Made by a program: the position numbers and the translations under genes
Part shown: in pieces, positions 1 through 16,452 of the stretch
Layout: each line of letters starts with the position of its first letter
How positions within the stretch are numbered: the stretch's first letter is position 1
Source: Chrysomallon squamiferum
Taxonomy: Eukaryota > Animalia > Mollusca
Assembly: GCA_012295275.1 (NCBI GenBank)
Contig: CM022665.1
Location: 38,874,001 to 38,938,000, forward strand
Direction of reading: 5' to 3'
DNA: 64,000 nt
Notes under the pieces: generated by a model
The model's input: the letters and a program-made list of their open reading frames with translations, nothing else
Databases searched by the model: none
Told to the model about the DNA's origin: nothing

Positions 1-1141
1 TAGAGATTTTATAATTATGGTATAATATTATGATTTAAAAAATATATATATATTACATAATTCTAAATGCAAAAAAATTAACATTCACCATCTCTCTAGA
101 CTACTTTAACACTGAAATCTCTATAAGAAGACCATATATGAAATCAGTGTTCGTACAAAATAGTCCGGCATAGTTCGAAACGAAGAGCAATTATCAGCAA
201 ACAAAAGCGTTACAAGATATCACTTGATGAAACTCGAGATTGAAAGGCCTTCTACGAAACGTATCAGTAATTACAGTTTGCCAGCTCTGCTTATATTTTT
301 GGTCTCCGTTTTACTCGAATGCAAAGCCACAACAAAGAAATCGCTCTTGCCACAGGTGTAGCCTCTTTATCTACAACTGTACGGAAAAGGCAGCAAACCA
401 GCAACTAATGGCTACTTGTAAACGACGTGACAATCATCATCAGAGAAACGACATTCGGGAGCTAATTAGGCTGAACGCTGACAACAGGTCCACATCAAAG
501 TCCGTAGTTGTTGGCACTGACATGAAACTCTCCAGGACATTTTGTTTGCTTCTTGAAGAATCTCATCAAAAGTCATGAAGATCTTTGAGAAAGGTCTTCC
601 AGCCCCCAAAGTGAGCCTCAAGTAGACACGATGGCACACAAGATCTCTTATCTTTGCGACGCTGCTCTTTCCACGCCCGGTAAGAGAGTTCGACACTTGG
701 CGGATCGTGTTTTCTGGGGCTAATGATCCGGAAACGATCGTTTGTTCTGAGATTCGTACAAGAATGCCAGCATGAATACTTACGTGATTGTTATTATCAT
801 TTCTTAGTCGTTAGCTGATAAGCAGGTGTCGTTTGAATATATATATATATATACACACCACTGATTTTAGTGTCATTTAATTGTATGGTTTATTATATTA
901 GTGTAATAAGGTAATGGGTGGGTAACAGTTTAACGAGGCACTATATGGCTTGTACTGTATTCTACAGAGTGAAACAAACTGAGAATCTGAGCGAGTGAGA
1001 AAATGAATCAGAACATCGCTGGTTGATTGTTGTTATTTTCTCTTTTGTTAGTTGATGATTTCTTTTCCATTTTATTTTATTTTATTTTATTTATTTTAAG
1101 TTCTTTTTATTTATTTATTTATTTATTTATTTATTTTTTAG

Positions 1142-1190
<49 letters not shown>

Positions 1191-4100
1191 GCTGTTGTTG
1201 TTGTTGTTGTTATAATTTATATTTTATGTTTTTTTCTTTTCTAATGGTTTTTATTTTTATTTGGTTTTGTTTGTTTGTTTAATGTCAATTAGAGTTTTTG
1301 TTTGTTTTTTTATTTACATTTTTTCTCTCCCATTTTTATATATTTATTTCTTTATTTATTTAATTTATTACTGGAAAAACCATTAATGGCTTCACCCTCT
1401 TTTTTTCGCGATGCACTTTGATCAACAATTTCTTTTCTTTACTTGTGTTTACTCTCTAATTTTCACTTTTTTCACTAATAATAATTCCTTTCCAATTAAA
1501 TCATTGCTATTAATTTTTTTTTTTTTTTTTTTTTTTGTTCGCTAATAAAATGTTTGTAAAATGCAATCGTCCAACTCTGGCTAAACAGAAGAGGTCAAAA
1601 TCGTTGAGCAAAGTAAACTTGTTCTGGAAGCCATCAAACTAAATCTTCAAGTAAACATCCGATCGGATGTACAGTCGCGGTACTTAGTGGAAGACAGAGA
1701 TTAAAATTGTTTGAATTGTCCAGGCAACAAGTACGTATGTTTTCAGAGTTCGTACAAGTATCTGGCAATGGTTTTTATGTTTGTTGTTTTATTATTTGCT
1801 GTTATTTGGTGTTTTATATTTCATTTTACATATATATTTTTTTTTTTGTTTCATAAAAATAATAAAAAATAAAAAATATTGTTTAAATATGTTATTCACA
1901 ATATGTCTTGAAATACGCGCGTGATGGGTTTATTTATTGATTTGACTGGATGTTAATTTTGATTTGATTTATATTTTTATTTTAATATTTTGTTGTTGTT
2001 GTTTATTTGATTCGATCTGATTTAATTTATTTTATTAATATTCATTAATAATTAAATTATATAAGCTATAAATAAATTAATATCACGTATTTCTAAGCTG
2101 TAGAATAAAATTATTTTTTACACAAGGGTATGTTTGTTGGTTTCAATACCACACGAAAAATCACCGAGACTTTTTGTAAGTTAAGAATATACGGCTTAAA
2201 ATACAAAATCTCAATATTATAATAAAATACCACACGAGCAAAACATATGAAGAAGCGCGAGATTATTTTTAATAAAGTACGATTCAGTCGAAAGCCTTCA
2301 GCCAACAATATCCTATATTACTCTCTTTTTTCTTCGTAAAAAAGCGATGTTAATATAGCTAGACTTTTAAACAAGATTCTGCAACATTAACAATTTTAAA
2401 AGCATCAGACTTTAAACACTTCAATTTAAATATTTTAATACCTCGTTAAAACTGTCCTTCGAGCTAAAAACAAAAAAAAACAAAAAAAAAAAGTATCACA
2501 CGCCAAAAAAAACTCTAACTTATGTTGAGGTATGACAGCTTGTGTAAAGTCGCCAGTAATGCAATTTACTGCAAACAAACGATGAAACTTAGGCTACAGT
2601 CTCTAAGTAGATGATGGGCTCTCTATGACACATTTCAAAGACACTCTTCATAAGTTGCTATCCCTGTAACGAAGCCAATTTTCTGCCAATAACATCCAGC
2701 AGTCGTTTGTCAATACGACCCTCGGCATTAGCGTTACAGTCCGCGAAACATCATACATCCCCTTTAGCTATACAACTTTTGGAGCATTCGTAATTACTTG
2801 TTAAGTTCCATTTAGGAAACTTCAGACTCATACAAACTTAGCCATTGACATTTGGAGAGATTGCTTATAATATGGCGGAGAGAGGTTTTATTCTCTCTTC
2901 TGTTTGCTATAAGAACATCCTACTTAAAAACTCTTGTATCTTGCTCCCGCCACCAGCCAATGGCTCTTATGGACTATACTTAATACCTGTTTAAACTCCT
3001 CTCAAATACATTCAACCAGATCACGATAAACACTGAACAGTGATTAAGACAATTCTGTTTAAAGAAAGCAAAAGTTAAAAAAACACAAACACGAAGGCCT
3101 GTCATGGACAGATCCCCTCATTTGTCCACGTCAAGCGTGCTTGCTGATTTATGTGTTGCAAACTTTCTAAATATTATGCACTTACAGGGACTGAGGGGTT
3201 TATTAATAACGCTGACATATATATATATATATCATTTTGCCTCAGGTTAAACTTTTAATAAAATATTTTCAGTATAGGTGTACTTAAACATAAATACTGA
3301 TACGCGTTTAGGTATAAAATGGAGATACGAAAAAATAAATACAGACAAGCGTATAGAGAGACGGAATACAAACAGACAGTGCGGCTGATACACAGACAGA
3401 TTTATTAATTTTGTGAAACAAAACAAATCAGCATATTAATTAATCAGGTGACTGAGAAAACTAGTTTATTGATTTTGGTCCAACTACAATAAAAAAAAAA
3501 AAAAAAAAAAAAACATGATTTAAAGCGACCGATTATCGTTGGACAGCAAGCTTCTCCTTCCTCTTTCTGAAACCTCTTCCAGTAAATAACAGAACCATTC
3601 TTGATCCATTTCCAGAAAGAAGTGTCCTTTGTAAGTGATTTTATTAGTCTTTTTTCAAACCTAGTGGAAACTCGCAATTTGCTCTATAGAATTGTATCAT
3701 GCCATCATTACAAGAAGTATTCCGCAAGTAAGTAAGTGGACTCCGGTACCTTATACTAATACTCACAGAGATCCATTTTTATTACCTTTAGCGTGAACTA
3801 GTTTGGAACTAAAAAACGGAATTATTTAGTGCTAACAAAAATCAGGAAACCAACAAAGAAAGTAAATTGCCACGGTAAATAGACATTAAGGACTGAAGGA
3901 AAACAATGAATAATATAATTTGCCATGCAAAAGTTCAAGCTGTCGGTTCGCCAAATGAAGAAAGGAGTTTCTTCTTTAGTAATATATTTTCAAATTGAAT
4001 TTTGTAAAATGCTAATAACTGTCTGTGGAATTCATCTTTTTTATTTTTATTTTTATTTTTTTTTTTTTTTATTTTTTTCACAAGTGGTTTAATCTACGAG

Positions 4101-7100
4101 GGACAAAAAAAAATATTATTCACTATTTTTATTTTAAAGACCTGCTGAAAATATTTTTATTGACTGATTTTTAATAATAATATTCATATTGTGTATCATT
4201 TACAAATACTGATTGCGTTATTATTTGGTGAAAACGATTCTTAAAATGATAATTTTATTAAAAACAAAAATATATTAATATTCATACTCGTGGTAGATAG
4301 AAAACTATTTATAATTATTATTGGCATTATTTTGTAAAATTATATGAACAGATAATTGTTTTAATGATCATGTACAACTTTATGCACGTACGTTTCTCTC
4401 ATTATTTTAGCGTACTATTAAAAATTTTGTTTTATTAAACTATAATAATATAGTTAATATATAAATTATTAAAGCCATTTCAGTAAATCACACAATAAAA
4501 ATATGTATATTTATTTTTTTACATATATTAAAGGCGTATTTTGATATGACAAAAACATTAAGAAAAAGTATCTTCTTTCATAAAACAGCTCAGATAAATG
4601 TTTGATAATTGCCTCTTTCATGAAAAACATATATTATTAGTGGGGGGGGTTTGTTGTTTTTCTGTTTGTTTGATTTTATTTATTTTTTAATGTTTTTTTT
4701 TTTTTTTTTTTGTAATGGATAATTCTTAAAGTCTGTATTTTAAAAATAAAAAATATATATTTCCAATTTTATATTATTCATTGAGGAAATATCACAACCA
4801 ATTTCGACATTTTTCGTGTCTTATTTGCTTTTTGTGGCCATTTTGTATTTTTTCAGTTTTTTAAATATAAAAGAGACATATTGCAATTAGTGTTTTGCCA
4901 TCAGGAAAGCACACAATCGCAAAGCCCGGACTCTTTACAAATTGCTGAATCTGCCGTGTTCAAATCAACCCCTGGCTTGGACCCGATGAAAATTGAAATG
5001 TGGCCGCCAGCTAGGTGCAGCAAACAGGATTTGATTTAACAATCGGTTCCAACCTATACGGAAGTTGCAGAAGAGAAACAGGAGGTAGCTTTTCTATTGG
5101 AAAAATTAGTTTTGTATGGCTAATTTCTTTCGTTTACTGTCAGCTCCTTTGACACGAACGAAGGAAAAGATTCTGTTGCAACAAGAGTTCAGTCCCTCTG
5201 GTTAGTGAAGGATATGTCGCACTTCCTTCCGTAATATTTTTAAAAGATTTCTTCCCAGCAAACAGAATTTTCAGAAGCCTTTGTTTTCAAAAGTGAAAAT
5301 ACTCAATCAAATACGGAAATAAAACTTTGTGATGTCTAATCAGTCGGAAGCATTAGAACAGCTGCAGAGATTCTGTTAGAATTTTCTGAATTTACCGCAG
5401 TGTTTTGAAATTAATAGTTTCCTGACGGTATATGATGCTAGAAAAGAAAATTATTAGCTAAATATTTCCTTTTCAGTAAAATGATTTAAAAGTTTTATTG
5501 GTTTTTTTTTTTCAGTTGAGTGGTAATATAGAAGAATTAACAGTAAAAATAGTTTAATCTTATGGCAGGTTTAGAGACCAGATATTGTATAATTTTACAA
5601 AGAGTCTTACAAAAAGGTAAAAAGTAAAATAAAAACAAAAGCTTTGATATGAAGACTGCATAAAAATGCTGTTTAAAATAAATTAAGTACGACTTTAAAT
5701 ATCAAAAGAAAGAACACGCTCAAACAAAAAAAACAAAAAAAAAAAACTTCTAAATAATAAAAAAATAAAAATTTAAAACCGACTTTCAAATTTATCTATC
5801 TCTAACGTCTGCTTTTGGCGTCTGCTTTTCGACAAAACGCGCTTGCCACGCGCCACGAGAAGACATGATGGCTAATCAATTTGATACGTCTGTCAGTCTG
5901 TCACACGTTAAACGATCACAGTGGAATCAGAGGCATGCTGCTTTACCAAACGTCTCTGCAAGATCGTGCAATCTTAAGCTGCCTTGGTCGGCATTTAAAT
6001 GGGCAAATAATCCTCAGGTAAGAGGAGGAAATCCGACAGGTGAGCTAAGATAGCAGAACAAATCAATTACTTGAACGTGGAGGGCGGCAGTTCGCGCTTG
6101 TCTGTGAGGAATGCTGTTCATGGCGCACACAGGAAGATCTAGAAGTAGTAGATTAATTACAACCACTTTCAGAAATGATAAATAACGTTATGTCCGTGAT
6201 AAATGCATTCTGTGAAATCCTGTCCTTGTTTTAATCACGTGCTTCTTTATTTCTTCGTTGTTTTGTTGTTTTGTTTTTTTTTTTCTTTTTTTGTTACTGT
6301 TGTTGCTGTCGTTGTTGTTATTTTCATTTTTATGCGAGTCTTTTTACGTGTGTAACAATCAAAGAAAAAATGTTTTAAAAAAAAATGTAAGTCGTTTAAG
6401 AAATGGAATATTAATGTGTGTCTTTGTCTGTAATTTTATTGTGGAATATCGGGTATAATATTAATTACAATTCACAAAAGCAGATTATGAATACAAGAAT
6501 ATATATGTCTTCTTGAATTTTGTATTAAATCATTAGTTCAAAATTTAAAAACACGATTTTGTTTTCTCCTTGGCATGCCACTCGAATTTTTGTTTGTTTA
6601 TCCTGAAAGTTACGTTCATCGTGAAGGCGAAACACCTTTTTTCTTGAAACAGTGGACTGGCGTCTTTACAATTTCTTTTTTTTTTTTTTTCAATTTTGTC
6701 TGTGACTGTACAACTATTAGTAAACCCTTCATCACAATATAAAAACAGCGGTTTGTCCACCCCTTTTTTTTTTCTACCCACGCCTTAAAATGAGTAACTG
6801 CAAAATATCGACTGAATACATTTGATTCCTTTAAGTTTAACATGTTAAAGTTTCAAGTGTGTTTTCCGCACGGCCAAACCTACGTGTTAGTTGAGTCATA
6901 AAATGTACACGATTTCCACTGATGTTCGCTTTATGTTGTAAATTGAACCATCTACGAAACGTCGTATCAAAGATGTGTAAACCACCCAACCCGAATATCA
7001 TATCCGTATGTCAACACTGCCACACCCGACATAATGAATACGTTTAACACATAAAAACGAAATACGTGAAGCGGTTAAACAGTTTATTGTCTCTGAAGAA

Positions 7101-7329
7101 GGAAATGCTTCGTGTCATTAACAGTAAGACCAGATAAACTCGTTCCAAGCGAGATACCCAACACGAACAGCGTGGAAGAAAAAAATGATTATGAGAAGAA
7201 GAAGAAAGCAAGAACATAAATGTCAACAACAGTAACAACAACAGCAATAGTAATAACAACAAAAACAACAACAACAATAATACAATAATAATAATAATGT
7301 TTTTCACGACAACGACGAAGTCGATGATA

Positions 7330-7351
7330 ATAATAATAATAATAATAAATA

Positions 7352-7400
<49 letters not shown>

Positions 7401-7539
7401 GAACAACAAAAACGGTGACAAAGATAATATCCGAATAATAAACAAATAAAATACAAAATACTAATAACAACAACTTTGATGTTAGTAACAACAGCAAGAA
7501 GAATGATGCCGATGATGTGGACAGCAATAATAACAGCAA

Positions 7540-7583
<44 letters not shown>

Positions 7584-7636
7584 GTAGTAGCAGTAGCAGT
7601 AGTAGTAGTAGTGGTAGTCGTAGTGGTAGTCGTAGT
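7330..7636. repeat. Compound trinucleotide microsatellites (AAT)n, (AGC)n, (AGT)n
   Basis: Direct reading; source of the poly-Y/L/S pseudo-ORFs at 7044-7732. Confidence 0.9.
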
Positions 7637-9969
7637 AATTATAATGATCCAATAACCCTGTTTAATTTAGGTGATAATTACAATGATGATGAAATTAACT
7701 GTGAAATATTTCCACGTTCAGAGAGAGTTTAATTTTAAAGAAAAAAATCATACCTTCACTGCAAAAGTCTGCAACATGAATTAATTTCAGAATTACCCTC
7801 TCAGGCATAATATTTTAATTTGATGTTCATTAAATTCAAATAATCGATTTTTGGTTCATTGAGAATGACATTCCTCGAGTCTCATTTTTGAAACATGACA
7901 TTGTGTTGAAAAAGAAAGTAATTAACGTTTAATAAATGCTTCCTAAGTGTTGATAATGTCTTCGATTCACTCTTTTTTCTTATTCTTTTTTTTTTATTTT
8001 GTTTTTATTTTATTTTGTTTTTATTTTATTTTATTTTTTTATTTTTCTTCTACGTTCCTTTGCTAGTTTGGACTTACTATCATTTTTTTTCTCTCTCTCT
8101 CTATTGAATTAGCATTATTGTTATTACTGTTTTCCATTTCTTTGGTTAGTAATTTTTTAACAAGAAGTATATTCGTTTATTAATGTGTGTGTGTGTGTGT
8201 ATGTGCGTGTGGTCTAAGTTTAATATCTCTACGCGTTCATGCACATATGTGTGTATATAAATATGTATTTACGTATGTATCTATGTACGCATGTGTGTAT
8301 TTAAGCATCCGTGCATGCATGTATGATAATTATGTCAAGCACTTTTAAACTGGGCACGATTACAAACTAATTTAGAAGCAATATTTTCTCACAAGAAGTG
8401 TAATTGGACAGAAAGAACAATTTTATGAATGTTTTATTGTTATTGAGACAAGCTGACAGCGTGCAATAATTTAACACTGAGCTAAAAACAAATTTTATGT
8501 TTTGATGACTTGGATATTAGCAGTTGTAAAACATACATCAAGGTCGCTGAATCATTCTAGGCACGCATGTAGCAATACTGCAACTGTTCTTTATTTATTA
8601 ATGTACGTGGCTTGTTTGTTTATTTATTTATTTACTTAACTTACTTACTATTTATTTCAGTTAAACAGTATATTAAATTAGATGTAACATGTTACTAGGT
8701 GTAATTCGAACTTGCTCCGATTCCTTGGATTATCTCTCTTTTAGATCTGTGAATGTTTTAGGTGTCAAATTAGATTATGTAGTTAAATGTGCTTTTGTCT
8801 ACAAATACATATATGAATATATATGTATTTAAACATAAACAAAGAACATAAAACATATAATAATAAAAAATATGGCAAAATATACTATTACCAAAACTGT
8901 AATTTATTTCAAAATTTTGAAAGAGCATTTAAATTTTCTTATTGCATAATAAAAATTCCTTTTATCGCTTATAAGATACCAATCAATGCCGCTAAAAGAA
9001 ATCAGTATAATTAAAAGCCCTTGCGAAAGTTATCTCAAATGATTATGACAACTTGAATGGGTGTATGTTTTTTTTTTCCAAATTCTCAGAGGGCAAAATA
9101 AGTCTGAATAGAGACCATTAATAAATTCTGCAGCTTTACGCAACTGGAGGTGTTGGTCAGCTACTTCAGGTGGTTGGGCCGTTGTTTCATGTTTTCGTTT
9201 TTCGCTGCTTTGGAAACAAATAAGCGAAACTGTTAATGACCAAGCCATTATGCTTTCACAGTTTGAAACAATCGGTCATCACTCGGACTAAGTTGATGGA
9301 CACCTGGACACAAAGGACATCTTCATCACCGGTGCAGCGACCAATGGACCGAGACAAATCATACACCGGGAAGCACCGCAAACGTAATCGACGCAAACAA
9401 TTTCGACTTCTTGTGTTTTGCTGTGATAATAGTCATCCATTAGTATTGTGAAACACAAAACGCGGCGGACAAAAAGGTAAAGTTAGAAACGCGTGATAAA
9501 GAAAATAACTGACGAATTCTATTAGCGATAAGTGTAAAATAATAAAAATATTACAAGGGGTGTGTTTTGTTTCTTTTTTATTTATTTGTATTTAACTGTC
9601 TTGCGTTCTCTAGTTTTTTATATTTTATTTTGTTTTGGGCTTATTTGTTTTTTCAGTTTATAACTCTTTTTTTTTTTCTCTCCGATTATTTAGTTAGATT
9701 CGCTTTAATATAGTTTACATATATCTATATCTAAATACATATATATTTAAATGTATTTATTTGTTTATTTACTTTCTCTTGTTGGTTTCATTCAGGTTTT
9801 GGGGCGAGTTTTTTTTTAAATTTATTTATTTATTTATTTTTTATTTTATTTTTTTTATTATTATTAATGTTTAATTTTTTTATTATTATTATTATTATTT
9901 AGTTTTTACTCAGAATGAGAGATTTGCTGCTTTGTAGTTACTAATAAAACCATAATTCATTAATAATGA

Positions 9970-10024
<55 letters not shown>

Positions 10025-13000
10025 TTATTTAAATCAGACAAGAAAATAAAGGAGTTAAAACTGAACGCAAATCATAACTTGTGTTCTTTTTTCCAGCAAC
10101 CCAATTCCATAACCTGAGTATTTAAATCGTAAAATACCTCATAAAATACTGACTCCCAATTTTCTGTTTAATGTAAGTGATTCATCATGTCTACGTACAC
10201 ACGTCCCGTTTCGTTCCGTCTTCTGTTTATAGTCTGACGATTAAGACTCAGACATAACAAATCCAGTTTATGACATTGGCATCATCAAATAATTTCCCTT
10301 CATGTAATTTATACTATCAATAACATTCACAGATAATATTTTTAACGTAATTTTCTGTTTGCTGTGTAAATATGATTTCCTGCTTTTATTACGTTTCATT
10401 TGTACAGCCATGCTGGTTGTGCGGGTGATGATGTTGAAGTCGTCGTCGTTTTTTTTTTTGTGTTTTATTTATTTAATTTTTTTTTTTAATTTTTATAATT
10501 TAAAAAAAAAAAATCTTTATTTTTCACCTTTTTCAGCTTTTGTTTCCTCTTTTTCTTTTTTTACTTTCGCTTCTATTTTCATTTATTTTTTACATATTTT
10601 TAAATTGTTTTCAATTTTTTAAATATTTTTTTATTAATTATTATTATTATTGTTATTACTGACATTTAAAAGGAAAATGTAATTAAAGAAACTGATGTAA
10701 ATTTTATATAAAATATTTAAAAGTCGAAAAACAACACTAAAATGAATACTTTTCATATATCCTTTTGAATTAATTTTTAGTTGCATAATACTTTTAGAAT
10801 ATATTTTCAAAGATTTAAATATTTTGTCTATATTTTTCAATCATGGTTATTATTATTTTTTTTTTTTTTTATTAAACTGTAAAATCCAATTACAAAATTA
10901 AACCTTTGATATTCACCAGAAATAATGATATTTCCTACTTTCACTCTATTCAAAAATAATATAATAAAAACTAAATCTTTAAAAAAAAGAAAAAAAAAAG
11001 AAGCATAAATATGATACTAAAAGAAATTAAACAAAACCTAATGAAAAATCATTCCATCGAAAAATTACACACAATAAACTATTATCTATACTTATTCACT
11101 GAAAGCAAGTCTCGGAAGAACAAAAAAAAAAAAAAAAAAAAAAAAAAAATTATCGAGAAAAATAATGATATCGATAACAACTGAAAATAGTTGCACAATT
11201 CATTAGTTTAGTAAAATACTCTCCACGGCTACTTTGTACAGCGAAAAGAGAAATTTCATCAGAACGATAATGGAGTAACATCTCAAGTGGTCTGTCTTAT
11301 TTCCAAACTCAATGTACCTTGCCCATGGAGACTGGATGTTATTTCATATTTCCTCAGATGGCCAAGTGAGTCAACATCGCCGCGTCAAATAACGAAAATG
11401 ACAATAATCATTTCTTGAGGGAGTGAATTGCCAAACACAAGAATCTCCACACCCCGGGAAATCAGTTTCCGAGTCTGTGGACATTGGCTCCGGGGCCGTG
11501 TATTCTTGGGTTTTTAGCTCTAAGCACAGAGCTTTTGTAAGAGAGCTGCTTATAATGGTTTCTAAGAAGCGTTCAACAACGTTCCCGGTCTTGCTACATT
11601 AGCTGTGAGAGTCCTTGCTACTCGTTTTAAGAGTCTCTGGAACAAAAAATCCTAAAACGAATAAACGCATGAAATGTTTCTTGCCAAATTAAAACACAAA
11701 CTGAATGTCTCTTACGTATGGATTGCGTTCATCGTCAAATGACGTACTTTTCAGAGCCGGTAAAGCTTTCCAGTGAATGGGAAATCTTAACACCCTCTTC
11801 AAGAGATGGGATTTTATTTTCTTTTAAGAAAAAACACACTTTATTTTGTTTACATATTTTAGTGCCTAATTTTTGTTTCTTTTAATATTTCTCATTTTTC
11901 TGCAGGGTGATATAAAAAGAAAGACACAAATTGCTAAGAAAACAAAAAATAAAAGAGAATCCGCGATGAAAGTAATAACTAACAATGGTTTTTACTTTTA
12001 AGGTTTTTAGTTTAAGATTTAAGATTTTGTTTTTAATTTTTTTTTTTTTTTTTTTTTTTTAAAACCGAGAAATTTCTGGGGATAAAAAGTATATATTTAA
12101 TGTAAATAATAGCGTATGGTATTAAGATTATAATTTTACAGAGAAAAAATAAATTTTTGAGAAAAAAAAATAAGCACAATTAGGTTGAAATTAATGGCTT
12201 AGATATTTCCTTTTAAAATTTTAGAAAATAATTTCCTGGTTTGGGTTTTTCTAATTCTTCTTTTTCTTTTTATTATGGTTGTTTTTTTGTTGGGTTTTTG
12301 TGGGGGGGGGTTAATGTATTTTTCAAAGTGAGCAGAAAATGTAATAGGCTAAAATGGTTTTTATTTTCGATGTTTATCATTTCAGAAATAAAAAAGCAAA
12401 AACCAACATTTTTTATAAAAATTTAAAATTATGTGCGATGAATAGTTTGCTGTTATTTCATCAAAAGTTTTAATAATGAAAGAATGAAAAACAATTTTTT
12501 TTTTTAAATATTAATAAATAAAAACGGAAGTAGAGCGAAAATAATAAAATTTAAATGATAATTTAAAAGAAGAAAATTGTGAAGAATAATAAAAAGAATA
12601 ATACAATAATAAAACAAAAATGAAATATTTAAAAAAACAAAGAGGAAGAAGAAGAAGAAAAAAAAAAAATATAATAATAAAACAAAAGACACTGGTATAA
12701 TAGCTTCGTGAAGTATTTTTTCTAATTTTGTTTATTTTTATTATTATTTATGATTTCTTTGTTACTCAATACGTGATAAATTTGTATATAGAAAAATAAA
12801 AAGATATTTCGTATATATATATTTAACAAACAATATTAATTTTAAATATTTGCATAAGTAAACTAACAATATAAACTTACTGCAATAAGGTTTTATAAAT
12901 ATCTCTTGATAATTCTTGATAATAAAAAAAGAATAAATTAATTTACCTGTCTTTATCATTTTTGTATTTAACTGTAAGAATTGAAGCAGTAATTTAAGAT

Positions 13001-13094
13001 AGTTCCAGATATACGTATATATATATATATTTAGACTGTATTCAGCTCTTTTTAAAAATAATTCATGATATTTTTATTTATTTTTATGCCTTTT

Positions 13095-13138
<44 letters not shown>

Positions 13139-14535
13139 CACTTCTTATTATTGTTTAATTAGTAAAATTTAAAATTGTTCGATATAATTATTTTATATCA
13201 GATTGTGTAAATTTAATCATTTTGCTTCTTTTTTTTTTTTCTTTTCTGTTATCATTATCGTTATCGTCATCATCGTTTTAATCATTTTTACAGAAATGTG
13301 ACTGTGTTACTGGTTCCAAGCCGCAATTTATAGCTCAAATGTGTGCCTATATTTTTTAATCGTCCACCAAAACATTATTAATGATACAAAATATTCGGAT
13401 TCTTGGGTGCGAGATACTTCGAGACTAAAAATATGCCACAGATTTCACAAATTCTGTCACGTTAAAGAATTCAACACGTAATTTCCATTTATGTAATTTC
13501 AACAATGAAATAAAATCCTCGGCAATATTTTGATATAATTTCCATGAGCAATTCCAATAAAACATTTCCTCTGTTATGTGACTGGTGTTGGAGAAACGTT
13601 TATTATTTTGAAAGTGTTATCTTTGCGAATTTCCTGTTTCAGCGTCACTGCAAGTAATGTCAACAAAAGCAACAGCGGAATCTTAACGAAATTTGTTTTA
13701 TCGAGCTAAAGACGTGACTCCCGTGAAACCTGACAGTGTTCAAAAACACTGGCGTCCATGTTATTAATATACAAGCAAAATAATGTTCAAGTTAAAATCG
13801 ATAATAGTTGGATCCACGATTCCTTATATTATTTAATCCGAACATATATTCCAGTCATCTCAATCACAAAAATTGCAAACCTAATTAAAATTATAATATA
13901 TTGTAAAAGTATACTTAAAGAAAAAAAAAATGAAATACACAAATGAAGATGATATTAATTAGCTATGCCAGTATGACCAGTCTGTCAGAATATATAAACA
14001 GTGCATTAATTATAAGCAATAATATTGAGCAATATCCAAGTCGAACAGCCCAGACAATTTTCAGCCGTATACGCACAAGAGTATACTCAGATTATAATTA
14101 AATAGCATCAAACAAAACCACAGTCATTAAAAACTGAAGAAAAAGAGGTGTTAAAGAAATCCGTAGCATTAATGATGATGTCGACGATACGCCAACTGCA
14201 GACTTAAATTATTATTTTTTTTTTCTAAAGAAGAGAATTTTCACGGAATCAAAGTTTAATTGATTTGCTGTGTAAGCCAGCTGACATGATATGCTATTTT
14301 TGCAAGCGGTTTCTATGGCCAAGACGCCAAATCCCCTCTAATTGGCCTCTTAAGTGTGCAAGAGATCTTCCATTGCTGAAAGAGCCTTTTCTGCGTCATA
14401 TCTGACTAGGATCAGGTTGCGTGGCTATAATAGGGTTGTGAGACCTTCTGTAACAAGGGATCGCCAATCTTCAAGTTTTGAGACATTCTAACTAATCAGC
14501 AAGCATCTAATTTTCTGTATTTTCTATTTATAAAA

Positions 14536-14567
<32 letters not shown>

Positions 14568-16415
14568 AAAAATCTGTTAAAGTAAATACTTTAAAGACAA
14601 TGCCCTATTACGATAATGGTGATTTTGTATATTGTATATAAAACAAATATTATGTTTCATATAAAAATATTTTATTCAGATTGTTTATAGGTATTACTGT
14701 CTGTAGAGGCTGTCTATGTATGTGTGTGTGTGTGTGTGCCTAATATTTATAAAAACGTGGCTAATTTATTTTCTAAAATGATTTATTAAAAATATTTTTA
14801 ATACTGTTTTAAATCTTTATTCGTCATTCTGTAAGTCAAAATAATTTTCAAGACAAATCAGATCTTGTAATGATTATTACTTCACGTTATTTTAAAAAGA
14901 AGAAAGAAAAAAAGAGGAAGAAGAAACAATAAAGAAAAAAATTAAAGAAAAATATTAATTTGAATAACCTTTATAAATTAGCACATTACAACAAAGAAAA
15001 GAATCTTTCAAAAGCATCATTGATTTGTATTATAATAATGGAAACAAAAATAACGATAAATGAACATAACAAAACGTTGATAAAAAATACGTTAATATTT
15101 TTACGTTCTGCCATCTGGCATACGACTTGTCAGTTCTTCACACTTTTTAATAGGTTAACTAAATTAATTTAATATAATTATTATTTTAATAAGTTAAAAA
15201 TCCCTATGAATAATAAAAAAGATATCGTTAAAACAAATTTTATTTCACTATTAAAAAAAAAAAAAAATTAAATAAAATAACGACCAAAATAATTGACGTT
15301 TTATTATATTATCTTCTGGTTAGGAACATTTCGCAATACGTTAAAGTGAAGATACTACAGGAGCGTTTTAATAATTCTAAGTGTATTAGCTGTAATTACA
15401 TTAACACTGAAAGCCATACAAATCTAAATAAGCACTATTATTCTCATTCAGTTGCTTTAACAACCATACAAATCAAAATAAGTCCGTTTTTTTCTTGTTG
15501 TTTTTTCTCGATTGTTGTTTTTTCTTTTTTTTTAACTTTCTATTGCTTTCATTGCAACCGCTGGTTTTGCTGATGTTTTTTTTTTCTAGTGTCTGAGTAT
15601 CCATTTACTATACTACATCACTCAGACAGCTTTCAAACAACACTATCAAAACTACGCCATTGACAAAAGTCTTTAAAAGAAAAACACGAAAATAAAAACC
15701 ACAGAACGAGGGGGAAAAAAGCAGAAGGTAATGGCTGTTGAAATTTGCATGTGTCATTTCTTTTTGTTTCTGAGTACGTATCGGGTTTTCCATTGGGCAC
15801 TTGTAAAACAGGACGAGGGCTCTCCACAGCCTCAGCAGCAAAGCTGACCTTTTGTTGACGATTTGTTATGAAGCCGGTACAGGTAAAAAAAAAAAAAAAA
15901 AAATTATAAAAAAAAAGAAGAAGAAATTATTATTGCAGTCCACATACAAGTCACAATATGCGGCTCGACGCTATCATGGTATTATTAAACTGATCGGCTT
16001 TGACGGACTGATTTTTCCATTCACTGACAAAGGTTCCACTGCAGGCGAATGATGGATGGAAGTAAAGGATTTGCAATTCTGCTTGAGGATTCGGCTAAGT
16101 CCTCTTGGAAACAATTATCCCCGGACTTATTTTGATGTTTTCTTTGTGCGTTTGAGTGGTGGAGTATTACTACTTGGATGTGCATTAGTTTGTCAGGCTG
16201 CGCGAGAACACTGGGAGAGTGAAATATTAAAAGATGATGTTGTTGTTGTCCGGTGTTTGGGTTTTGAAGTTATTTTTATTTTTTTTTTTTTTTTTTTTTT
16301 TTTCCATTTTTTTTTTTTTTTTATTATTATTTTTTTTTTTCCATTTTTTTTTTTTTTTTTTAAATTATTATTATTATTTTTTTCATTTTTTTTTATTATT
16401 ATTTTTTTTAAATTA

Positions 16416-16452
<37 letters not shown>
